The notes under the pieces were generated by a model. That model was not told the DNA's origin and did not search any database. It was given only the letters and a program-made list of their open reading frames with translations. Of a stretch of DNA of 64,000 nt, positions 33,019-43,498 are shown piece after piece. The stretch covers positions 62,001 to 126,000 of the forward strand of contig MU062555.1 in assembly GCA_013265495.1 (NCBI GenBank), in the 5' to 3' direction. The first letter of the stretch is position 1. Every line of letters starts with the position of its first letter. The position numbers and the translations under genes are program-made. The stretch is from Vicugna vicugna. Lineage: Eukaryota.

Positions 33019-33958
33019 ATTGCTGTAAGGTCAGTGCCAGACCCTGCCCTAGAGGGCCACACTGAACTTCACAGCCTTAACCACCCCCATCGCAGCCCTG
33101 GAGTCCCCGCCCACCCATCCTGACTCCTGCCCTGGGGCTGCCACCCCTGAACTGTGCCCTAGGGCCCCCACTCATGGCCCCACTGACCTCAGCTCTGGGC
33201 TCACCAGTCCGCCTTCGGCCTCTCTGGGCCCTGAGCACCTGGATTCACTGTGCCAGGTGCTGGCAGACGACGGGTTGGACAGCAGGGCCCCTGCGAACCT
33301 CCAGGGTGCCAGGATTCTGGACAGTGAACCCCTGCTGGGGGCAGCAGTCATAGACTGCCCCTGGGCCCCCACAGAGGACGGGGACGAAGACGAGGAGGAG
33401 CAGGCTGGGGAGCAGGGGGAGGAGGAGGAGTGTCCCGTCTGCACAGAGCCCTACCGGTCCGGTGAGCACCAGCTGGCCCTGCTGAACTGCGGTCACAGCC
33501 TGTGTGCAGGCTGCCTGCACCGGCTGCTGGGCGCGGCCCCCAGTGCCGACCTGGGCCGGGTGCGCTGCCCGCTGTGTCGCCAGAAAACACCCATGCTTGA
33601 GTGGGAGATCTGCCGGCTGCAGGAGGAGCTGCTGCAGGCCGACGGGCCCCAGCGCCCCGCGCCCGCTGCTCCCCTCGGGCCCCTCCACGAGAGCCCCGGG
33701 CCCTGGGCCCGCCTAGAGCACCGCTACCAGCTGCACTTCCTGACGAGGCCCCTAGGCGGCCGAGGCTGCCTGCCCTTCCTGCCCTGCCCGCCCTGCCTGG
33801 GTGCCTGGCTCTGGGCCCTGCGGGAACGAGGGCCCTGCGCCCGCCGCATGGCGCTGCTGGGCCTGCTGGCCCTCGAGCTGCTGGGGCTACTGCTCATCTT
33901 CATGCCGCTCATACTGCTGGGGCTGCTCTTCGTGCTGCTGGACGGCTCCAGCCGCTGA
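33019..33958 (+). CDS. Unnamed C3HC4 RING finger protein with C-terminal transmembrane region (RNF183/RNF186/RNF152-like); start uncertain
   Basis: Frame open from 33053 to TGA at 33956-33958. Acidic tract, then CPVC-x15-CGH-x2-C-x2-C-x17-CPLC, then a hydrophobic tail ALLGLLALELLGLLLIFMPLILLGLLFVLL. Proposed structure: 33019-33029 plus 33163-33958, 268 aa if AUU-initiated. No in-frame ATG precedes the RING. Confidence 0.8.
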
Positions 33959-34750
33959 GAAGAGCCCGCCGGGTCTGCCACCAGCACGGCCTGGGCTTGA
34001 GGTAGCCATGGCCACCAACGGATGGGAGGCCCAGACTGGCCCAGGCCCTGGAGCCGTGGGGCCTGATGGCCAGGCTGAAGAACCCAAGGTCGATCAGGGC
34101 ACTAACTTTCAACCCAGACCCAAGCCTCGGACCCAGGGCCACCCAGAAGCCTCTGACCCAGCCGGAGACTCCACACTGCCCTGCTGCCCAGACGCTAGCC
34201 AGTGGTGCCTAAGGACAGCACCAGAGGAGGCCTGTGACCAGGGCCCGAAGTGCCCCTCGAGGGACAGGCCCCATGCTGACACTGGGCTGTCCCCGCTCTC
34301 CAGCCTGGCCTGTCTGCAAGAGGGGCACAGACACCGCGGACACAAAAATGAACAGAGGCCTGGGTCAAGTGCTCGGAGTGGGTGGGGCCCTCAGCAGGCA
34401 CCTGCCCACGTTCCAGCTGAGAGTCAAGTGTGTGTTCCCTGAAGGTCAGGGTAGCCGAGGGGAGGGCCCCTGCTGCACAGGCCCGGCCCACAAAGGGCCT
34501 CCTCTGCCGCCGGGCTGGGGTCCAAGTGGCGGCCCTGAGCAGCCCCAGGGGTGGAGGGGAGTGGCAGCACATGCCCCTCAGCCACAAGGGACCAGGGCGG
34601 GCCCTGGGGCCGAAGGCACCCTCACTCCCCTGCAGCCCCCCATGGCTGAGCCTGGGGCCTTTATTTGAGGGACAGACGCAGTCACAGCACCCCCCTCGTG
34701 GGCTCATTGGTGGCACGCCGAGCCCTGTGCCCGGCACAAGAAATGCTGTC

Positions 34751-34756
34751 AATAAA
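34751..34756 (+). terminator. Poly(A) signal for the RING-TM gene or a long NDOR1 3'UTR
   Basis: AATAAA about 800 nt after the RING-TM stop. Confidence 0.6.
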
Positions 34757-35523
34757 CAGCTGCTCCTGACAGTGTCGTGACTGAGTCCTTATCGTCATCA
34801 CCCTGCCTCCACCAACTAGGTGACAGAGCCCCTTCTTCAAATCCAGGTCGTCTGAGTGCCAGACCCAGGGCCCTGAGGGCTTCACATCTGACGGTGACTG
34901 CAGCCAGCCTGTGTCCCAGCCTCGGCTCAGACTGGCCCGTAGGCCCTTCTCACACCACCTCAGAGAGCCATGCGGGCACCAGGAGCCGGCTGGACGGAGC
35001 TGTCTGCCTATAGGCTGCACTCACGTTCAGCGGGCAGTGCAGAGGAGATGGCCTCCCTTTGCCTGGCTGGGCCTGCTTTGTGCACCTGCCCACACAGTCC
35101 TGCCTGGTGCATACAAGCAGCTGGCTCTGCGCAGAAGCACAGGGCCTTCACGCACACACGCACACGGTCAGGCCCAGCCCTCCCAAGCAGCACGCCTGGC
35201 CCAGCCTGGCCCCCAGCGAGCAGAGCAGGCCTACCCCCAAGCAGCACCGGGCCTTCCTCTGGCTGCTCCAGCAGAGACCCTGTCTGGGCAGTAGCCCTGG
35301 GTACCCACCCTGGCCCAGGCCTGTGCACAGACCGAGGCTTCAGTCCAGGGAACAAGGTGCAAACTTTGGCAAAGAGTTTTAATGGCAAAGTTGGCTGCAG
35401 CGACAATGCCACGCGGGTGGGGGCCAGAAGCTGTGGTGGGCAAGGGGTCAGCGGGCAACAGGGCAGGGCCAGATCCCTGAAGAAGCAGCGAGCGAGGACC
35501 GGTGGGCGGCGGGTGAGTGGGCA

Positions 35524-36321
35524 CTACATGATGGAACAGGCAGACAGCGGGTTCCGCACGTGGCAGGTGCACGCGGCCCCACAGTACTGCCGGAAGGTCT
35601 GGTAGCAACTGCCCTCAGGCTCGCCCCCCCACTGGCCACCGGATGGGGCGGTCAGCGCCTCAGGTGGCAGGCGGCTCAGGATGGACGTGTTGACAGCCAG
35701 CGCAGCCAGGCCGTAGTCAGTGAACAGCACAGTCTCACGGCGGCAGGTGGGACAGGAGATGAACTTGTATTTGGGGCAAGACTCGTAGAGAATCTGCAGG
35801 CACTGCTCACACACAGAGTGCAGGCAAGACAGCACGCGGGGCCGCCGCTGAGTGACGTTGTACGTGTGGCCGCAGGTGGGGCACTCGAGAGGCTCACCTG
35901 CGGCTGATGCCGCTGCTGCTGGGGCCCCTGAGGCAGCAGGGCCAGGCCGAATCACATACTGATTCACGATGACCTCGTCCGCGGGTGCCACTCGGGGGAA
36001 GCCCAGCTCCGCACTGCCCTTGCGGGACCGACGTGGCAGGGGTGGGGTACGGGGCGCCCCTTCCAAGGCAGGCATGTCCCCCCCACATGCCTGGTTGACG
36101 ATGATCTCTGTGTCTGAGGGCCAGGCTCGCTTGGGTGCCAGAGCCGGGGTGGGCCGGGGTGCAGGTGGGAAGCAGGGGGCGGCCGCCTGCAGCTCGGGGA
36201 ACTTCTCAGGGTGGACGATCTTCATGGCCTCCATCTTGAGGATGACATGGGGGCCCTTCAGGCAGGACATGAGGAACCCTGGCCAGCCACTGCCCGCCTC
36301 TGGCCCAGGGTCAGCCGGCAT
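35524..36321 (-). CDS. RNF208: RING finger protein 208, 265 aa, single coding exon
   Basis: MPADPGPEAGSGWPGFLMSCLKGPHVILKMEAMKIVHPEKFPEL...CPTCGHTYNVTQRRPRVLSCLHSVCEQC..CPTCRRET...RNPLSACSIM*. Candidate 5'UTR intron 36521-37055 (GT-AG on minus); ATTAAA on minus at 35378-35383. Confidence 0.97.
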   Translation of the reverse strand: MPADPGPEAGSGWPGFLMSCLKGPHVILKMEAMKIVHPEKFPELQAAAPCFPPAPRPTPALAPKRAWPSDTEIIVNQACGGDMPALEGAPRTPPLPRRSRKGSAELGFPRVAPADEVIVNQYVIRPGPAASGAPAAAASAAGEPLECPTCGHTYNVTQRRPRVLSCLHSVCEQCLQILYESCPKYKFISCPTCRRETVLFTDYGLAALAVNTSILSRLPPEALTAPSGGQWGGEPEGSCYQTFRQYCGAACTCHVRNPLSACSIM

Positions 36322-36599
36322 CCGGCTGTCTCCAGTCAGACTGGGTGTTCGGGTGGATGGGAGAGTTGGGTGCGGCCGGGGGGGAGGGGAGGGGGCAGCA
36401 TCCTGGTCCCGCCAGGCCTGGTGGGGACCCTGGCCGCCCTGTGGACTCCTGGGGGTGGCTGGCAAGAACTTGGGGGGAAGGGCCCCACCCAGTGGCCACA
36501 GTGGCTTCTCTGGTCCAGTCCTAGAAGGAGGAGAAAGGGGCGGGGGAGGGGGAGAGGAGCAGGGGCAGGGGGGCGTGGGAGGCTGCCCTGGGCTGGCAG

Positions 36600-37450
36600 T
36601 CGGGCCCAGGGGCTCACCCAGGGTCTCCAGTTGCCGAGGCTGGCGAGGGGGCGTTGGGGGGGGTCCCCCTGCAGCCGAGATCAGCAGTCCCGGGGCCGGG
36701 ACATCCGGGCAGGCAGGGGCTAGGTGGGCCCCATGGCTCCAGGACAGGGCGCCCAGGGAAGGCAGCTAGCCTGAGCCCTGGTTGCGGAGGAACCCAGGCC
36801 CCAAGCACGGCGGCGGTGGGAGCAGAGGAGAGGCCTGGACGAGGCCCGAGCTGCAGGTGAGAGACAGCGTGAGGGCAGCGCCCGGGCCCACCCTCATCCT
36901 GCACAAAAGACAGGGCGCCCGACCTCTGACCCTGACCCTCGCTGGACTCGGAACCCAGCCCCCTCCCCAACCCCCGCCCCCCAAGCCCGACCTCTGCCCA
37001 GGAGTGGGGGCCGGCGAGTGGCGACCCCGCGCTGTCCCGCCCCGCCCGCACTCACCTGCCCCAGCCTGGCGTCCCCCGGCCGCGCGCCGCCGCCGCAGAG
37101 GTTGTCTCAAAGGCAGGCCCGAATGCGGCGCCCGCGCCTTGGCCCGGCGGCTCCGGAGGCTCCGGCGGCGACCTCGGGCGATGGCGTGGCCGCGGCGGCT
37201 CCAGCGGAGGCGCGGGGACCGCAGTGCGCGCGGCGCCCGCCCGCGCCCGCAGCGCCACCCCCTGTCTGGGGACCCGCGCGGGGTCCGCGGGGCGGGGCCA
37301 GTCTCTCAGCCGCCCCTCGATCCACCGCGAGCCTGGCGCCGGCTCTCGGGGTCGCCCTCCCCTTCCCCACACCCCCGCTGGCAGCGTGCGAGTCAGGACC
37401 CCCGCGGCGTCCCCACCTCCAGTCTCCCTAACCCCGTCCCTGCCTGGCTG
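36600..37450 (-). promoter_or_regulatory. RNF208 CpG island with non-coding first exon
   Basis: Dense CpG; minus-strand donor at 37055/37056. Confidence 0.6.
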
Positions 37451-40155
37451 ACCCTGGGTCCTGGTCAAGACCCCCACCCCAGTTCTGGAGGGGAAATCCT
37501 GCTTTGAGGTCTCACAGTGCCAGAGGAAGGAAGGGAAGGAGAGAGTCCAGGGGTGGACCCAGGAAAGCTGGTTCCCAGGACCCCACCCTGGGACTGCCTT
37601 GTGTCCCACCAGAGAGTCAAGGTCTCTGCTTGTCTTTCCACTTGGCCACCAGTGGGAATGCTTCCGGGGCTTTCTGGCTCACAGGTGCAGCGGGGTGTTT
37701 CCAGCGCTGGCAGGCTCCAAGAGGGCAATGGTATGAGCATGAGCAGGGGTGGCATCGAGGGAGTAACAGTGGTTGGGAGCAAGCTCCCAGGGCAGGGCAG
37801 CTGGACAGATGGGTGGTGTGAGAGGTCTGCAGAAGGTCAGACAGTCGGTCAGGCCACCGTCGGCCAGCTCACAGAGGTCACGTACCTACACAGGGTGGGG
37901 TGCCCCTTCTGGCATCTCGTCAGGGCAGCAAGCGCTGGGTTGTCACACAATTGTGTGCTAACCTGACCCCACCCAGCAGAGAGGCCCCATTCCTTTCTGC
38001 TTCCTCCTCAGGCCAGCCTCCCCAGCTCCCTTGGGATATACCCTCTGCCTGTGAGGAGCCCTCAAGTGAGAGGGAGAACATGCTGGCAACTACAGGGCAG
38101 GGGGCCAGGGCTGCAGGGGCCTCTAGAGTGCCTTTTCCTGACCTGCCAGGGCCACCATGTGGCATGCTGGCACTCCTCTGCCTGGCACTGGGCCCTGCAC
38201 CTGACCCTGAACAGCCCCAGCCTCTTCTGGCCACAGCTCCTCTCCTCTGTACAGTCCAAACTGCACCTGGCTAGAGACCTAGCTCCCAGTCCTGCAGAGC
38301 GACAGAGCCCAGAGAGAGATCAGTGTTCCTGATGAAGGGGCCCACTTGGGCTGGAGAGGTAGCCCTCGCCCATAGCGTTTGAATTTGCGGCTCTTTGCAA
38401 CCTCCGGCCTGTGCCTAAGTTTACTCTGCCATTCAGGGAGAGCAGGGGCCTGTGGGAGGGGCGGCGAGGGCCTTATGGGGACCTGGCAGGAAGATAGGGC
38501 AACCGAGGCAGCCCCGGACAGGGGAGGGCCGGGGGTCCAGCCTCCGCCAAGGGCTTTGCTCATCTCATATGCACTCTGGGAACGTATTCAAAGTGGCACC
38601 GGCCACCAGGCCCTACTCCCTGACAGCGGCCCTGCCCCTAGGGATGAGGTCCAGCCCCGTGCAAGCCTCCCGATCCGGGCGTTTCAGAGCTGGGCGGCCC
38701 AAGCCCATCCCGGACGGTCTGAGGCCAGCTGACCCCGAACCGGATCTTTGGGGAAACCGTCGAGCGCGGAGACTTCTGGGGAATAAAGTTCCCACCAGCC
38801 TCCCTCATCCCCAGCCCGATCTGTTTTGCGCATGCGCCAGCCTCCGCCTCCCAACGAGCAGCAGAGTCTGTAGGGGTGGTGGGCGGGGTTTCCGGCGCCT
38901 GCGCAGTGGGCCTCTGTCGCCCGCCTTCTAAGTCCGGGTCTCTCGGCCCGTTTCGCCCCGTATCCGGTGCCCCATCGGTAGAACTTGTGTCCAGACCGGT
39001 CTGACCGGCCCCACACAGGCCACTCTGATCACCTGGCCTCTGGGCCCCGTCTGGTTTGATCCCGCCCTTCCTGGGGGTTCCCCCGCGAGCTCCACGGGTT
39101 AGGGATGTGGGTCCAGGCCGCACCCCACTGCCCCCGTCGCCCCAGAGGGAGCTTACCAGTGCCAGGCCCAAACTCACGTGATCACATCCACTGTCACCCC
39201 CGTCTACAGCGACCCTGTATGGCGCAAGCTATGTGCCACCTTACAGATGAAGGTGGGAGGGGGTGCAAGGGCCAAGGACGGGGATGCTGAGGAGGGACTT
39301 GGGGCCCACGAGCCGACCGCAAAGGGAAACCGTAGTTTCTTATATGAGCTAGAAGCGTCACTTGTGTATGAAGCCCATGTCGCCAATCTTAAGTACGTTT
39401 TATTGGCAAAAGTAAGTAAATCAAACATTTTTTTATCAGTTAAAAAACAGCAAAGCTCCGCGCAGTCTGTTCACAAACACCTTGATCTCTGCCTGCGAGG
39501 TCGAAGCTGTGAGTGACAGTGGGCACCTCTTCCTTCTGCTTCAAAGCAGGGGCTTTGAGGTGTGTGAGTGATGCCCGGGGACCCCAGACGACCTGCGGGC
39601 CTGGACTCTGTGGACCTGACCCCAGTGACCTGCAATCCAGGAGGGCCAGGACATGCCCCAGATGTGTTGAGTCTGAGTCACCCCGAATGGCAATGTCCCT
39701 CAGAGCCCAAGCCTTGGCCACCACCCATCTGAAAAAGGAAGGGTGGGTGGGCACTGTGCTGGAAGAGCTGGGCCTCCTGGGATCTTGGGAACCCTGTCTG
39801 GGAGCCCCGCCCATGGCCCCGCCCCTCCCCAGTAGGGAAAAGGCAGCAGCCAGTCCCTCAGCTCACAGACACTGGGACCTGGCCCAGAGGACAAGAGGAC
39901 TCCTTGCTACCATCACCACTTCAGGTGAGTCCTGAGCTGAGGGGCTCCCCCCACCCACCCAGGACCAGCTTAGCTGCATCTTCCAGCCTCCCCCACCCCA
40001 ACCCAGCTCCATCGCAAGGCACTGCCTCTCAGGGAAGGCAGAGGACCCCTGGGGCACAGCTGGGAGACACTTGCCTCCTTGCACATGCACTGACACACAG
40101 ACCTTGAACACTCTTGGCATTTCCACAGCCTCTGCCACCCCTGCCAGGCTGGGCC

Positions 40156-40545
40156 ATGGACCCCCACAACATGATGGTCAAGAACCCATATGCCCACATC
40201 AGCATCCCGCGGGCTCACCTGAGGCCTGACCTGGGGCAGCAGCTGGAGGCGGCTCCATTCTCCTCAGAGTCGCAGCCTGTGCCTCTGGGGCCCTGCACCC
40301 TGGAACCCGCCAAGGAGGCCCCAGGGTCCAAGGGGGCCAATTCCATCCAGGGCCAGCAGGCCTGGCAGCCACCCGGCAACCCCTGCAGCAGTGGGCAGCG
40401 CCCGGCAGGACTGACATATGCGGGCCTGCCGCCAGTTGGGCACGGCGACGACATCGCTCACCACTGCTGCTGCTGTCCCTGCTGCTCCTGCTGCCACTGC
40501 CCCCGCTTCTGCCGCTGCCACAGCTGCTGCTGTGTCGTCTCCTAG
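40156..40545 (+). CDS. CYSRT1: Cysteine-rich tail protein 1, 129 aa
   Basis: [31 protein letters not shown]...[32 protein letters not shown]. Candidate 5'UTR intron 39925-40128; AATAAA 40822-40827; AP-1 site TGAGTCA 39674-39680 upstream. Confidence 0.96.
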   Translation: MDPHNMMVKNPYAHISIPRAHLRPDLGQQLEAAPFSSESQPVPLGPCTLEPAKEAPGSKGANSIQGQQAWQPPGNPCSSGQRPAGLTYAGLPPVGHGDDIAHHCCCCPCCSCCHCPRFCRCHSCCCVVS

Positions 40546-42955
40546 CCTGGCCCCCGCCAGGCCGTCGGGCCTGCTGCTGGACCGCTGGCACAGCAGCCGG
40601 GCCGGCCTCTGCTCAGGCGACCACAGCGGTGCCCAGACTGTTGGGACAGCCACTGGACTGTTGTCATGGGCATTGGCCACCCCCCACCCTGGCCAGGGGC
40701 ACCTACTTGCCAAGAAGGCTAGCATCTCAGCTCATGCCCCCAAAACAGAGCCCTGAGTGCCGGCTGCAGTGGCAGCCCTGGGGACACTCTTGACCACCCC
40801 TTCAAGGCCCAGGGCCCAGGCAATAAAGCAGAGTGAGCTTTTGTTTCGGCGACTCTTCTCCCTTGCTGCTGCCCCTTTTGGGAGGGGTCCCAGGCTAGAC
40901 ACCACAGGCTGCCAGCCTCTACGGGACATTTGGGGGTGGGGAAGCCATTGTCTCCTGACCACCTAACCTGCACTGCAGGTCTCAGGTCTGCCCTGAGAAA
41001 AGATGGACAGGCCTGGGTTTGAGCTGCACTGCGTTCCCCGGGCCAAGGCTGAGCCTGGGAGACAGGTCAGTCAGTGGGTCAGACAGCAGGAGGATGCTGT
41101 GTGTGGTCCTGGGTGGGTAGAGCCCAGGAGAAGCCTCCAGGAAGAGGACCAGGGTGGCGGCCAAGTGGTGGGAGGGACCAGCACTGGCAGGTTTCTGGGA
41201 GGGGAGCCCAGGCGGCCAGCACCAAGCCCTGCCCACCTGTGAGTCACTGCCCTACCTCGGCTGGGCATTTTTCTGGTTTCCCTCAAAACATCCAATTTCT
41301 GAGCAACTGCTGTGTGTGACTCCCTGCTGTCCTGCCTTTGGGGCCCGGGCTTCCTGGCGGGGTGGGTGAGTGGGCAAAGATGTGGGACCAGACCCGCCTC
41401 CCACCTGTCCAAGCAGCGTAGCACAACTGTGTCAGGGGACATGGGAGGAGCTGAGCAGCTCGGCACCGGGGTGAGGCGAGGATGCTGGTGTGGAGTGTGA
41501 GCTGGGGGGGGCGGCTCTGAGCACCCTTACATTTTTGGGGCTGGGCGGAGAAAGCTGGAGGAGGAAGCTGAGCTGGCCTTGCAGGAAGGACTGGTCCTGG
41601 TGCCGGCCCTCCTCATCCCTGGTGACTGGCCACATGGCAGGACCGGTCTCAGGTATGGGCAGACACATCAGTGGCCTGACTGCAAAGGGACTCAGGTATG
41701 CCAGGATCCAGCCCCTGCCCTATGGCTGGCTCCTACAAGAAGATTGCCCTACCCAGGCCAGCCACAAAAACCCATCTGACCAGTCTAGGAGGCTGGGGGC
41801 AGACTGCTGGGGTGCTAGGAATAAAAAGAGGGCCCCTCTGACCCCTGGCCTTCCCTAGCCGGGCAGAGAGGGTCCTGGAGGTCCTGACCCCGTCCCAACC
41901 CCTTCCCACACACCCCATTATCCTGTGCACACAGTCCTTGTAAGTGGACTGGCCCAGGGGCTTTGGCCAGGTGGATGCTAGGGGCAGGCAGCCTCTGATA
42001 GGGGCGTCCAGGGCTTCCTACGGTGCCCTCCCCCTCAGGGAGTTTCTGGGTGGTCTGTGTGTGTGTGAGCGGGGATCTCCACACCAGTGCCTGAAGGCCT
42101 CCTTGGAGCCTTGTGGGGCTGGCCACTGCCCCATAATGGGAACACAACAGGCCCAGCCCAGGCAGGGACAAAGGCACTGGGACAAGTCCACAGGGACATG
42201 CACAAAGGCATTGAGCCACGGAGCAGCAGGACCCCTCAGGGCGCTGAACTGGTGGGAGTCCTGGCAGGCTTCCTGGAGAAAGTGATGCCTGAATTTAAGA
42301 GCTTGAACTGAAAGCCAAAAAGCTCTCCCATTGTTGGGGGTAGGGGTTAATGGGACACGAGTGAGCATGAGTGCGCGGGTTTTGGACGCAGGTCTGGGTG
42401 GACAAGGCGAGAAAATGGGCAGTGTTGAGGAGTGACACTGAGGCCTGGGTGAGGGGTTAGTGGAGTGGGGTCTGAGCGTGGACGGGCGGGGCGGTTGGAA
42501 TGGGGGGCACCTTATCTCCTGCTGAGTTGGTGGTGCCGATGGATCTAGTTGCAAGCTCTTTGTGGCTGAAAGGGGAGCCCATGTCTGCCCGCAGCCACCA
42601 CCTGCCTCCCTGCTGACTGGTCTGTGCTCAACCAGTAACGCGAGCCCCAAGGAGGGAGCCGCAGGGCACCCTGGGTCCCCCCCACCCCGGCCACCCCGGC
42701 CACCCTCTGGCTGGGCATAGGGCACCCAGCAGAGCGGATGCAGGTAAGAGAGGCCTGGGGCTCAGGCAGGCTGGGGTGGGTGGGTGGGGGCCAGAGATGG
42801 TGCGAACAGCAGGCCAGGATGCTGCCCAGCCAGCAGCCACAGGAACCCAGGCTGCACCCAGACCCTGGTGTCTGCTAGCCCCAGTGGCCACCACTCAGCC
42901 TCCAGGTCTGTGGAGGCCTGGGTTTGTGTCCTCTGGGGTGAGCTCCCGGTGCTGA

Positions 42956-43498
<543 letters not shown>

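Noticed and set aside
36322-36465. 48-codon in-frame extension of RNF208
   Set aside because: Starts at TTG; Pro-rich open frames are expected by chance at this GC content.
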